This document shows positions 12,201-26,400 of a DNA stretch of 64,000 nucleotides, in pieces. Position 1 is the stretch's first letter, and the number at the start of each line of letters is the position of its first letter. The notes beneath the pieces are model-generated. The model did not search any database and was not told the DNA's origin. It saw only the letters and a list, made by a program, of their open reading frames with translations. The DNA is from Auanema rhodensis (taxonomy: Eukaryota > Animalia > Nematoda). A program made the translations under genes and the position numbers. The stretch spans positions 17,422,001 through 17,486,000 of the forward strand of contig OZ059900.1 of assembly GCA_964057225.1 (NCBI GenBank), read 5' to 3'.

Positions 12201-13336
12201 TACTAAAATGAAGCATTTTACATGCTGAACACTAGAAAAATACAAAAACACAGTATTTCCCATGAGAAATATTTTATTATGCTGGAAAACCAGTTTTTGG
12301 AAATTTCGCTGTAAACAAGGTTTTGACTTACGATTTCATGTGTTCAAACTCATGCAATGTCAATGAAACCTAACTCAAAATTGTTCGTACAACGTCTAGT
12401 TCCACTTTCACGACAAAAAAACAAGGGTTAGAAAATTAAGGAAATTAGCATATTCTGAGGGCACGCCCCTTATGGCTAATATTGATTAAATCGATTTTTG
12501 TTCATATGAGTCGTCAAATGCAACGAATTTCAGCGTGTTACATACTAAAATGAAGCATTTTACATGCTGAACACTATAAAAATACAAAAACACAGTATTT
12601 CCCATGAGAAATATTTTATTATGCTGGAAAACCAGTTTTTGGAAAATTCGCTGTAAACAAGGTTTTGACTTACGATTTCATGTGTTCAAACTCATGCAAT
12701 GTCAATGAAACCTAGCTCAAAATTGTTCGTACAACGTCTAGTTCCACTTTCACGACAAAAAAACAGGGGTTAGAAAATTAAGGAAATTAGCATATTCTGA
12801 GGGCACGCCCCTTATGGCTAATATTGATTAAATCGATTTTTCTTCATATGAGTCGTCAAATGCAACGAATTTCAGCGTGTTACATACTAAAATGAAGCAT
12901 TTTACATGCTGAACACTAGAAAAATACAAAAACACAGTATTTCCCATGAGAAATATTTTATTATGCTGGAAAACCAGTTTTTGGAAATTTCGCTGTAAAC
13001 AAGGTTTTGACTTACGATTTCATGTGTTCAAACTCATGCAATGTCAATGAAACCTAGCTCAAAATTGTTCGTACAACGTCTAGTTCCACTTTCACGACAA
13101 AAAAACAGGGGTTAGAAAATTAAGGAAATTAGCATATTCTGAGGGCACGCCCCTTATGGCTAATATTGATTAAATCGATTTTTGTTCATATGAGTCGTCA
13201 AATGCAACGAATTTCAGCGTGTTACATACTAAAATGAAGCATTTTACATGCTGAACACTAGAAAAATACAAAAACACAGTATTTCCCATGAGAAATATTT
13301 TATTATGCTGGAAAACCAGTTTTTGGAAATTTCGCT
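9235..13336 (+). repeat. Tandem duplication of a 6-monomer unit (2 x 2051 bp)
   Basis: The ordered variants [G114A,G340A][C214A,A237T][delA in A7][G63A,G114A,G267T,T336A][G190C][consensus] occur at 9235-11285 and again at 11286-13336. Confidence 0.93.
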
Positions 13337-15046
13337 GTAAACAAGGTTTTGACTTACGATTTCATGTGTTCAAACTCATGCAATGTCAATGAAACCTAGC
13401 TCAAAATTGTTCGTACAACGTCTAGTTCCACTTTCACGACAAAAAAACAAGGGTTAGAAAATTAAGGAAATTAGCATATTCTGAGGGCACGCCCCTTATG
13501 GCTAATATTGATTAAATCGATTTTTGTTCATATGAGTCGTCAAATGCAACGAATTTCAGCGTGTTACATACTAAAATGAAGCATTTTACATGCTGAACAC
13601 TAGAAAAATACAAAAACACAGTATTTCCCATGAGAAATATTTTATTATGCTGGAAAACCAGTTTTTGGAAATTTCGCTGTAAACAAGGTTTTGACTTACG
13701 ATTTCATGTGTTCAAACTCATGCAATGTCAATGAAACCTAGCTCAAAATTGTTCGTACAACGTCTAGTTCCACTTTCACGACAAAAAAACAGGGGTTAGA
13801 AAATTAAGGAAATTAGCATATTCTGAGGGCACGCCCCTTATGGCTAATATTGATTAAATCGATTTTTGTTCATATGAGTCGTCAAATGCAACGAATTTCA
13901 GCGTGTTACATACTAAAATGAAGCATTTTACATGCTGAACACTAGAAAAATACAAAAACACAGTATTTCTCATGAGAAAAATTTTATTATGCTGGAAAAC
14001 CAGTTTTTGGAAATTTCGCTGTAAACAAGGTTTTGACTTACGATTTCATGTGTTCAAACTCATGCAATGTCAATGAAACCTAGCTCAAAATTGTTCGTAC
14101 AACGTCTAGTTCCACTTTCACGACAAAAAAACAGGGGTTAGAAAATTAAGGAAATTAGCATATTCTGAGGGCACGCCCCTTATGGCTAATATTGATTAAA
14201 TCGATTTTTGTTCATATGAGTCGTCAAATGCAACGAATTTCAGCGTGTTACATACTAAAATGAAGCATTTTACATGCTGAACACTAGAAAAATACAAAAA
14301 CACAGTATTTCCCATGAGAAATATTTTATTATGCTGGAAAACCAGTTTTTGGAAATTTCGCTGTAAACAAGGTTTTGACTTACGATTTCATGTGTTCAAA
14401 CTCATGCAATGTCAATGAAACCTAGCTCAAAATTGTTCGTACAACGTCTAGTTCCACTTTCACGACAAAAAAACAGGGGTTAGAAAACTAAGGAAATTAG
14501 CATATTCTGAGGGCACGCCCCTTATGGCTAATATTGATTAAATCGATTTTTGTTCATATGAGTCGTCAAATGCAACGAATTTCAGCGTGTTACATACTAA
14601 AATGAAGCATTTTACATGCTGAACACTAGAAAAATACAAAAACACAGTATTTCCCATGAGAAATATTTTATTATGCTGGAAAACCAGTTTTTGGAAATTT
14701 CGCTGTAAACAAGGTTTTGACTTACGATTTCATGTGTTCAAACTCATGCAATGTCAATGAAACATAGCTCAAAATTGTTCGTACAACGTCTAGTTCCACT
14801 TTCACGACAAAAAAACAGGGGTTAGAAAATTAAGGAAATTAGCATATTCTGAGGGCACGCCCCTTATGGCTAATATTGATTAAATCGATTTTTGTTCATA
14901 TGAGTCGTCAAATGCAACGAATTTCAGCGTGTTACATACTAAAATGAAGCATTTTACATGCTGAACACTAGAAAAATACAAAAACACAGTATTTCCCATG
15001 AGAAATATTTTATTATGCTGGAAAACCAGTTTTTGGAAATTTCGCT

Positions 15047-18000
15047 GTAAACAAGGTTTTGACTTACGATTTCATGTGTTCAAACTCATGCAATGTCAAT
15101 GAAACCTAGCTCAAAATTGTTCGTACAACGTCTAGTTCCACTTTCACGACAAAAAAACAGGGGTTAGAAAACTAAGGAAATTAGCATATTCTGAGGGCAC
15201 GCCCCTTATGGCTAATATTGATTAAATCGATTTTTGTTCATATGAGTCGTCAAATGCAACGAATTTCAGCGTGTTACATACTAAAAGGAAGCATTTTACA
15301 TGCTGAACACTAGAAAAATACAAAAACACAGTATTTCCCATGAGAAATATTTTATTATGCTGGAAAACCAGTTTTTGGAAATTTCGCTGTAAACAAGGTT
15401 TTGACTTACGATTTCATGTGTTCAAACTCATGCAATGTCAATGAAACCTAGCTCAAAATTGTTCGTACAACGTCTAGTTCCACTTTCACGACAAAAAAAC
15501 AGGGGTTAGAAAATTAAGGAAATTAGCATATTCTGAGGGCACGCCCCTTATGGCTAATATTGATTAAATCGATTTTTGTTCATATGAGTCGTCAAATGCA
15601 ACGAATTTCAGCGTGTTACATACTAAAATGAAGCATTTTACATGCTGAACACTAGAAAAATACAAAAACACAGTATTTCCCATGAGAAATATTTTATTAT
15701 GCTGGAAAACCAGTTTTTGGAAATTTCGCTGTAAACAAGGTTTTGACTTACGATTTCATGTGTTCAAACTCATGCAATGTCAATGAAACATAGCTCAAAA
15801 ATGTTCGTACAACGTCTAGTTCCACTTTCACGACAAAAAAACAGGGGTTAGAAAATTAAGGAAATTAGCATATTCTGAGGGCACGCCCCTTATGGCTAAT
15901 ATTGATTAAATCGATTTTTGTTCATATGAGTCGTCAAATGCAACGAATTTCAGCGTGTTACATACTAAAATGAAGCATTTTACATGCTGAACACTAGAAA
16001 AATACAAAAACACAGTGTTTCCCATGAGAAATATTTTATTATGCTGGAAAACCAGTTTTTGGAAATTTCGCTGTAAACAAGGTTTTGACTTACGATTTCA
16101 TGTGTTCAAACTCATGCAATGTCAATGAAACCTAGCTCAAAATTGTTCGTACAACGTCTAGTTCCACTTTCACGACAAAAAAACAGGGGTTAGAAAACTA
16201 AGGAAATTAGCATATTCTGAGGGCACGCCCCTTATGGCTAATATTGATTAAATCGATTTTTGTTCATATGAGTCGTCAAATGCAACGAATTTCAGCGTGT
16301 TACATACTAAAATGAAGCATTTTACATGCTGAACACTAGAAAAATACAAAAACACAGTATTTCCCATGAGAAATATTTTATTATGCTGGAAAACCAGTTT
16401 TTGGAAATTTCGCTGTAAACAAGGTTTTGACTTACGATTTCATGTGTTCAAACTCATGCAATGTCAATGAAACCTAGCTCAAAATTGTTCGTACAACGTC
16501 TAGTTCCACTTTCACGACAAAAAAACAGGGGTTAGAAAATTAAGGAAATTAGCATATTCTGAGGGCACGCCCCTTATGGCTAATATTGATTAAATCGATT
16601 TTTGTTCATATGATTCGTCAAATGCAACGAATTTCAGCGTGTTACATACTAAAATGAAGCATTTTACATGCTGAACACTAGAAAAATACAAAAACACAGT
16701 ATTTCCCATGAGAAATATTTTATTATGCTGGAAAACCAGTTTTTGGAAATTTCGCTGTAAACAAGGTTTTGACTTACGATTTCATGTGTTCAAACTCATG
16801 CAATGTCAATGAAACCTAGCTCAAAATTGTTCGTACAACGTCTAGTTCCACTTTCACGACAAAAAAACAGGGGTTAGAAAACTAAGGAAATTAGCATATT
16901 CTGAGGGCACGCCCCTTATGGCTAATATTGATTAAATCGATTTTTGTTCATATGAGTCGTCAAATGCAACGACTTTCAGCGTGTTACATACTAAAATGAA
17001 GCATTTTACATGCTGAACACTAGAAAAATACAAAAACACAGTATTTCCCATGAGAAATATTTTATTATGCTGGAAAACCAGTTTTTGGAAATTTCGCTGT
17101 AAACAAGGTTTTGACTTACGATTTCATGTGTTCAAACTCATGCAATGTCAATGAAACATAGCTCAAAAATGTTCGTACAACGTCTAGTTCCACTTTCACG
17201 ACAAAAAAACAGGGGTTAGAAAATTAAGGAAATTAGCATATTCTGAGGGCACGCCCCTTATGGCTAATATTGATTAAATCGATTTTTGTTCATATGAGTT
17301 GTCAAATGCAACGAATTTCAGCGTGTTACATACTAAAATGAAGCATTTTACATGCTGAACACTAGAAAAATACAAAAACACAGTATTTCCCATGAGAAAT
17401 ATTTTATTATGCTGGAAAACCAGTTTTTGGAAATTTCGCTGTAAACAAGGTTTTGACTTACGATTTCATGTGTTCAAACTCATGCAATGTCAATGAAACC
17501 TAGCTCAAAATTGTTCGTACAACGTCTAGTTCCACTTTCACGACAAAAAAACAGGGGTTAGAAAACTAAGGAAATTAGCATATTCTGAGGGCACGCCCCT
17601 TATGGCTAATATTGATTAAATCGATTTTTGTTCATATGAGTCGTCAAATGCAACGAATTTCAGCGTGTTACATACTAAAATGAAGCATTTTACATGCTGA
17701 ACACTAGAAAAATACAAAAACACAGTATTTCCCATGAGAAATATTTTATTATGCTGGAAAACCAGTTTTTGGAAATTTCGCTGTAAACAAGGTTTTGACT
17801 TACGATTTCATGTGTTCAAACTCATGCAATGTCAATGAAACCTAGCTCAAAATTGTTCGTACAACGTCTAGTTCCACTTTCACGACAAAAAAACAGGGGT
17901 TAGAAAATTAAGGAAATTAGCATATTCTGAGGGCACGCCCCTTATGGCTAATATTGATTAAATCGATTTTTGTTCATATGATTCGTCAAATGCAACGAAT

Positions 18001-21000
18001 TTCAGCGTGTTACATACTAAAATGAAGCATTTTACATGCTGAACACTAGAAAAATACAAAAACACAGTATTTCCCATGAGAAATATTTTATTATGCTGGA
18101 AAACCAGTTTTTGGAAATTTCGCTGTAAACAAGGTTTTGACTTACGATTTCATGTGTTCAAACTCATGCAATGTCAATGAAACCTAGCTCAAAATTGTTC
18201 GTACAACGTCTAGTTCCACTTTCACGACAAAAAAACAGGGGTTAGAAAACTAAGGAAATTAGCATATTCTGAGGGCACGCCCCTTATGGCTAATATTGAT
18301 TAAATCGATTTTTGTTCATATGAGTCGTCAAATGCAACGACTTTCAGCGTGTTACATACTAAAATGAAACATTTTACATGCTGAACACTAGAAAAATACA
18401 AAAACACAGTATTTCCCATGAGAAATATTTTATTATGCTGGAAAACCAGTTTTTGGAAATTTCGCTGTAAACAAGGTTTTGACTTACGATTTCATGTGTT
18501 CAAACTCATGCAATGTCAATGAAACCTAGCTCAAAATTGTTCGTACAACGTCTAGTTCCACTTTCACGACAAAAAAACAGGGGTTAGAAAATTAAGGAAA
18601 TTAGCATATTCTGAGGGCACGCCCCTTATGGCTAATATTGATTAAATCGATTTTTGTTCATATGAGTCGTCAAATGCAACGAATTTTAGCGTGTTACATA
18701 CTAAAATGAAACATTTTACATGCTGAACACTAGAAAAATACAAAAACACAGTATTTCCCATGAGAAATATTTTATTATGCTGGAAAACCAGTTTTTGGAA
18801 ATTTCGCTGTAAACAAGGTTTTGACTTACGATTTCATGTGTTCAAACTCATGCAATGTCAATGAAACCTAGCTCAAAATTGTTCGTACAACGTCTAGTTC
18901 CACTTTCACGACAAAAAAACAGGGGTTAGAAAATTAAGGAAATTAGCATATTCTGAGGGCACGCCCCTTATGGCTAATATTGATTAAATCGATTTTTGTT
19001 CATATGATTCGTCAAATGCAACGAATTTCAGCGTGTTACATACTAAAATGAAGCATTTTACATGCTGAACACTAGAAAAATACAAAAACACAGTATTTCC
19101 CATGAGAAATATTTTATTATGCTGGAAAACCAGTTTTTGGAAATTTCGCTGTAAACAAGGTTTTGACTTACGATTTCATGTGTTCAAACTCATGCAATGT
19201 CAATGAAACCTAGCTCAAAATTGTTCGTACAACGTCTAGTTCCACTTTCACGACAAAAAAACAGGGGTTAGAAAACTAAGGAAATTAGCATATTCTGAGG
19301 GCACGCCCCTTATGGCTAATATTGATTAAATCGATTTTTGTTCATATGAGTCGTCAAATGCAACGACTTTCAGCGTGTTACATACTAAAATGAAGCATTT
19401 TACATGCTGAACACTAGAAAAATACAAAAACACAGTATTTCCCATGAGAAATATTTTATTATGCTGGAAAACCAGTTTTTGGAAATTTCGCTGTAAACAA
19501 GGTTTTGACTTACGATTTCATGTGTTCAAACTCATGCAATGTCAATGAAACCTAGCTCAAAATTGTTCGTACAACGTCTAGTTCCACTTTCACGACAAAA
19601 AAACAGGGGTTAGAAAATTAAGGAAATTAGCATATTCTGAGGGCACGCCCCTTATGGCTAATATTGATTAAATCGATTTTTGTTCATATGAGTCGTCAAA
19701 TGCAACGAATTTCAGCGAGTTACATACTAAAATGAAGCATTTTACATGCTGAACACTAGAAAAATACAAAAACACAGTATTTCCCATGAGAAATATTTTA
19801 TTATGCTGGAAAACCAGTTTTTGGAAATTTCGCTGTAAACAAGGTTTTGACTTACGATTTCATGTGTTCAAACTCATGCAATGTCAATGAAACCTAGCTC
19901 AAAATTGTTCGTACAACGTCTAGTTCCACTTTCACGACAAAAAAACAGGGGTTAGAAAATTAAGGAAATTAGCATATTCTGAGGGCACGCCCCTTATGGC
20001 TAATATTGATTAAATCGATTTTTGTTCATATGAGTCGTCAAATGCAACGAATTTCAGCGTGTTACATACTAAAATGAAGCATTTTACATGCTGAACACTA
20101 GAAAAATACAAAAACACAGTATTTCCCATGAGAAATATTTTATTATGCTGGAAAACCAGTTTTTGGAAATTTCGCTGTAAACAAGGTTTTGACTTACGAT
20201 TTCATGTGTTCAAACTCATGCAATGTCAATGAAACCTAGCTCAAAATTGTTCGTACAACGTCTAGTTCCACTTTCACGACAAAAAAACAGGGGTTAGAAA
20301 ATTAAGGAAATTAGCATATTCTGAGGGCACGCCCCTTATGGCTAATATTGATTAAATCGATTTTTGTTCATATGAGTCGTCAAATGCAACGAATTTCAGC
20401 GTGTTACATACTAAAATGAAGCATTTTACATGCTGAACACTAGAAAAATACAAAAACACAGTATTTCCCATGAGAAATATTTTATTATGCTGGAAAACCA
20501 GTTTTTGGAAATTTCGCTGTAAACAAGGTTTTGACTTACGATTTCATGTGTTCAAACTCATGCAATGTCAATGAAACCTAGCTCAAAATTGTTCGTACAA
20601 CGTCTAGTTCCACTTTCACGACAAAAAAACAGGGGTTAGAAAATTAAGGAAATTAGCATATTCTGAGGGCACGCCCCTTATGGCTAATATTGATTAAATC
20701 GATTTTTGTTCATATGAGTCGTCAAATGCAACGAATTTCAGCGTGTTACATACTAAAATGAAGCATTTTACATGCTGAACACTATAAAAATACAAAAACA
20801 CAGTATTTCCCATGAGAAATATTTTATTATGCTGGAAAACCAGTTTTTGGAAATTTCGCTGTAAACAAGGTTTTGACTTACGATTTCATGTGTTCAAACT
20901 CATGCAATGTCAATGAAACCTAGCTCAAAATTGTTCGTACAACGTCTAGTTCCACTTTCACGACAAAAAAACAGGGGTTAGAAAATTTAGGAAATTAGCA

Positions 21001-21544
21001 TATTCTGAGGGCACGCCCCTTATGGCTAATATTGATTAAATCGATTTTTGTTCATATGAGTCGTCAAATGCAACGAATTTCAGCGTGTTACATACTAAAA
21101 TGAAGCATTTTACATGCTGAACACTAGAAAAATACAAAAACACAGTATTTCCCATGAGAAATATTTTATTATGCTGGAAAACCAGTTTTTGGAAATTTCG
21201 CTGTAAACAAGGTTTTGACTTACGATTTCATGTGTTCAAACTCATGCAATGTCAATGAAACCTAGCTCAAAATTGTTCGTACAACGTCTAGTTCCACTTT
21301 CACGACAAAAAAACAAGGGTTAGAAAATTAAGGAAATTAGCATATTCTGAGGGCACGCCCCTTATGGCTAATATTGATTAAATCGATTTTTGTTCATATG
21401 AGTCGTCAAATGCAACGAATTTCAGCGTGTTACATACTAAAATGAAGCATTTTACATGCTGAACACTAGAAAAATACAAAAACACAGTATTTCCCATGAG
21501 AAATATTTTATTATGCTGGAAAACCAGTTTTTGGAAATTTCGCT
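15047..21544 (+). repeat. Variant block A, copy 1 (sister of 29425-34212), containing an internal 4-monomer duplication 15731-17098 / 17099-18466
   Basis: Order: [T126C,T241G][cons] then [C60A,T71A][T126C][G200T][T126C,A217C] twice, then [C221T][G200T][T126C,A217C] ... [G267T][A128T][G114A]. Confidence 0.88.
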
Positions 21545-21886
21545 GTAAACAAGGTTTTGACTTACGATTTCATGTGTTCAAACTCATGCAATGTCAATGA
21601 AACCTAGCTCAAAATTGTTCGTACAACGTCTAGTTCCACTTTCACGACAAAAAAACAGGGGTTAGAAAATTAAGGAAATTAGCATATTCTGAGGGCACGC
21701 CCCTTATGGCTAATATTGATTAAATCGATTTTTGTTCATATGAGTCGTCAAATGCAACGAATTTCAGCGTGTTACATACTAAAATGAAGCATTTTACATG
21801 CTGAACACTAGAAAAATACAAAAACACAGTATTTCCCATGAGAAATATTTTATTATGCTGGAAAACCAGTTTTTGGAAATTTCGCT

Positions 21887-23253
21887 GTAAACAAGGTTTT
21901 GACTTACGATTTCATGTGTTCAAACTCATGCAATGTCAATGAAACATAGCTCGAAATTGTTCGTACAACGTCTAGTTCCACTTTCACGACAAAAAAACAG
22001 GGGTTAGAAAATTAAGGAAATTAGCATATTCTGAGGGCACGCCCCTTATGGCTAATATTGATTAAATCGATTTTTGTTCATATGAGTCGTCAAATGCAAC
22101 AAATTTCAGCGTGTTACATACTAAAATGAAGCATTTTACATGCTGAACACTAGAAAAATACAAAAACACAGTATTTCCCATGAGAAATATTTTATTATGC
22201 TGGAAAACCAGTTTTTGGAAATTTCGCTGTAAACAAGGTTTTGACTTACGATTTCATGTGTTCAAACTCATGCAATGTCAATGAAACCTAGCTCAAAATT
22301 GTTCGTACAACGTCTAGTTCCACTTTCACGACAAAAAAACAGGGGTTAGAAAATTAAGGAAATTAGCATATTCTGAGGGCACGCCCCTTATGGCTAATAT
22401 TGATTAAATCGATTTTTGTTCATATGAGTCGTCAAATGCAAGAATTTCAGCGTGTTACATACTAAAATGAAGCATTTTACATGCTGAACACTAGAAAAAT
22501 ACAAAAACACAGTATTTCCCATGAGAAATATTTTATTATGCTGGAAAACCAGTTTTTGGAAATTTCGCTGTAAACAAGGTTTTGACTTACGATTTCATGT
22601 GTTCAAACTCATGCAATGTCAATGAAACCTAGCTCAAAATTGTTCGTACAACGTCTAGTTCCACTTTCACGACAAAAAAACAGGGGTTAGAAAATTAAGG
22701 AAATTAGCATATTCTGAGGGCACGCCCCTTATGGCTAATATTGATTAAATCGATTTTTGTTCATATGAGTCGTCAAATGCAACGAATTTCAGCGTGTTAC
22801 ATACTAAAATGAAGCATTTTACATGCTGAACACTAGAAAAATACAAAAACACAGTATTTCCCATGAGAAATATTTTATTATGCTGGAAAACCAGTTTTTG
22901 GAAATTTCGCTGTAAACAAGGTTTTGACTTACGATTTCATGTGTTCAAACTCATGCAATGTCAATGAAACCTAGCTCAAAATTGTTCGTACAACGTCTAG
23001 TTCCACTTTCACGACAAAAAAACAAGGGTTAGAAAATTAAGGAAATTAGCATATTCTGAGGGCACGCCCCTTATGGCTAATATTGATTAAATCGATTTTT
23101 GTTCATATGAGTCGTCAAATGCAACGAATTTCAGCGTGTTACATACTAAAATGAAGCATTTTACATGCTGAACACTATAAAAATACAAAAACACAGTATT
23201 TCCCATGAGAAATATTTTATTATGCTGGAAAACCAGTTTTTGGAAATTTCGCT
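21887..23253 (+). repeat. 4-monomer block repeated 3777 bp downstream at 25664-27030
   Basis: [C60A,A67G,G215A][delC214][cons][G114A,G267T] occurs at both places. 3777 = 11x342 + 16 - 1. Confidence 0.88.
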
Positions 23254-23374
23254 GTAAACAAGGTTTTGACTTACGATTTCATGTGTTCAAACTCATGCAA
23301 TGTCAATGAAACCTAGCTCAAAATTGTTCGTACAACGTCTAGTTCCACTTTCACGACAAAAAAACAGGGGTTAG

Positions 23375-23409
23375 AAAACTAAGGAAATTAGCTTAAAACT
23401 AAGGAAATT
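23375..23409 (+). repeat. 358-bp variant monomer (starts 23254) with a locally templated 15-bp duplication
   Basis: The consensus ...TTAGC-A-TATTCTG is replaced by ...TTAGC-TTAAAACTAAGGAAATT-TATTCTG. AAAACTAAGGAAATT at 23395-23409 copies 23375-23389. Confidence 0.93.
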
Positions 23410-26400
23410 TATTCTGAGGGCACGCCCCTTATGGCTAATATTGATTAAATCGATTTTTGTTCATATGAGTCGTCAAATGCAACGAATTTCAGCGTGTTAC
23501 ATACTAAAATGAAGCATTTTACATGCTGAACACTAGAAAAATACAAAAACACAGTATTTCCCATGAGAAATATTTTATTATGCTGGAAAACCAGTTTTTG
23601 GAAATTTCGCTGTAAACAAGGTTTTGACTTACGATTTCATGTGTTCAAACTCATGCAATGTCAATGAAACCTAGCTCAAAATTGTTCGTACAACGTCTAG
23701 TTCCACTTTCACGACAAAAAAACAGGGGTTAGAAAACTAAGGAAATTAGCATATTCTGAGGGCACGCCCCTTATGGCTAATATTGATTAAATCGATTTTT
23801 GTTCATATGAGTCGTCAAATGCAACGAATTTCAGCGTGTTACATACTAAAATGAAGCATTTTACATGCTGAACACTAGAAAAATACAAAAACACAGTATT
23901 TCCCATGAGAAATATTTTATTATGCTGGAAAACCAGTTTTTGGAAATTTCGCTGTAAACAAGGTTTTGACTTACGATTTCATGTGTTCAAACTCATGCAA
24001 TGTCAATGAAACCTAGCTCAAAATTGTTCGTACAACGTCTAGTTCCACTTTCACGACAAAAAAACAGGGGTTAGAAAATTAAGGAAATTAGCATATTCTG
24101 AGGGCACGCCCCTTATGGCTAATATTGATTAAATCGATTTTTGTTCATATGAGTCGTCAAATGCAACGAATTTCAGCGTGTTACATACTAAAATGAAGCA
24201 TTTTACATGCTGAACACTATAAAAATACAAAAACACAGTATTTCCCATGAGAAATATTTTATTATGCTGGAAAACCAGTTTTTGGAAATTTCGCTGTAAA
24301 CAAGGTTTTGACTTACGATTTCATGTGTTCAAACTCATGCAATGTCAATGAAACCTAGCTCAAAATTGTTCGTACAACGTCTAGTTCCACTTTCACGACA
24401 AAAAAACAGGGGTTAGAAAATTAAGGAAATTAGCATATTCTGAGGGCACGCCCCTTATGGCTAATATTGATTAAATCGATTTTTGTTCATATGAGTCGTC
24501 AAATGCAACGAATTTCAGCGTGTTACATACTAAAATGAAGCATTTTACATGCTGAACACTAGAAAAATACAAAAACACAGTATTTCCCATGAGAAATATT
24601 TTATTATGCTGGAAAACCAGTTTTTGGAAATTTCGCTGTAAACAAGGTTTTGACTTACGATTTCATGTGTTCAAACTCATGCAATGTCAATGAAACCTAG
24701 CTCAAAATTGTTCGTACAACGTCTAGTTCCACTTTCACGACAAAAAAACAGGGGTTAGAAAATTAAGGAAATTAGCATATTCTGAGGGCACGCCCCTTAT
24801 GGCTAATATTGATTAAATCGATTTTTGTTCATATGAGTCGTCAAATGCAACGAATTTCAGCGTGTTACATACTAAAATGAAGCATTTTACATGCTGAACA
24901 CTATAAAAATACAAAAACACAGTATTTCCCATGAGAAATATTTTATTATGCTGGAAAACCAGTTTTTGGAAATTTCGCTGTAAACAAGGTTTTGACTTAC
25001 GATTTCATGTGTTCAAACTCATGCAATGTCAATGAAACCTAGCTCAAAATTGTTCGTACAACGTCTAGTTCCACTTTCACGACAAAAAAACAGGGGTTAG
25101 AAAATTAAGGAAATTAGCATATTCTGAGGGCACGCCCCTTATGGCTAATATTGATTAAATCGATTTTTGTTCATATGAGTCGTCAAATGCAACGAATTTC
25201 AGCGTGTTACATACTAAAATGAAGCATTTTACATGCTGAACACTAGAAAAATACAAAAACACAGTATTTCCCATGAGAAATATTTTATTATGCTGGAAAA
25301 CCAGTTTTTGGAAATTTCGCTGTAAACAAGGTTTTGACTTACGATTTCATGTGTTCAAACTCATGCAATGTCAATGAAACCTAGCTCAAAATTGTTCGTA
25401 CAACGTCTAGTTCCACTTTCACGACAAAAAAACAGGGGTTAGAAAATTAAGGAAATTAGCATATTCTGAGGGCACGCCCCTTATGGCTAATATTGATTAA
25501 ATCGATTTTTGTTCATATGAGTCGTCAAATGCAACGAATTTCAGCGTGTTACATACTAAAATGAAGCATTTTACATGCTGAACACTAAAAAAATACAAAA
25601 ACACAGTATTTCCCATGAGAAATATTTTATTATGCTGGAAAACCAGTTTTTGGAAATTTCGCTGTAAACAAGGTTTTGACTTACGATTTCATGTGTTCAA
25701 ACTCATGCAATGTCAATGAAACATAGCTCGAAATTGTTCGTACAACGTCTAGTTCCACTTTCACGACAAAAAAACAGGGGTTAGAAAATTAAGGAAATTA
25801 GCATATTCTGAGGGCACGCCCCTTATGGCTAATATTGATTAAATCGATTTTTGTTCATATGAGTCGTCAAATGCAACAAATTTCAGCGTGTTACATACTA
25901 AAACGAAGCATTTTACATGCTGAACACTAGAAAAATACAAAAACACAGTATTTCCCATGAGAAATATTTTATTATGCTGGAAAACCAGTTTTTGGAAATT
26001 TCGCTGTAAACAAGGTTTTGACTTACGATTTCATGTGTTCAAACTCATGCAATGTCAATGAAACCTAGCTCAAAATTGTTCGTACAACGTCTAGTTCCAC
26101 TTTCACGACAAAAAAACAGGGGTTAGAAAATTAAGGAAATTAGCATATTCTGAGGGCACGCCCCTTATGGCTAATATTGATTAAATCGATTTTTGTTCAT
26201 ATGAGTCGTCAAATGCAAGAATTTCAGCGTGTTACATACTAAAATGAAGCATTTTACATGCTGAACACTAGAAAAATACAAAAACACAGTATTTCCCATG
26301 AGAAATATTTTATTATGCTGGAAAACCAGTTTTTGGAAATTTCGCTGTAAACAAGGTTTTGACTTACGATTTCATGTGTTCAAACTCATGCAATGTCAAT

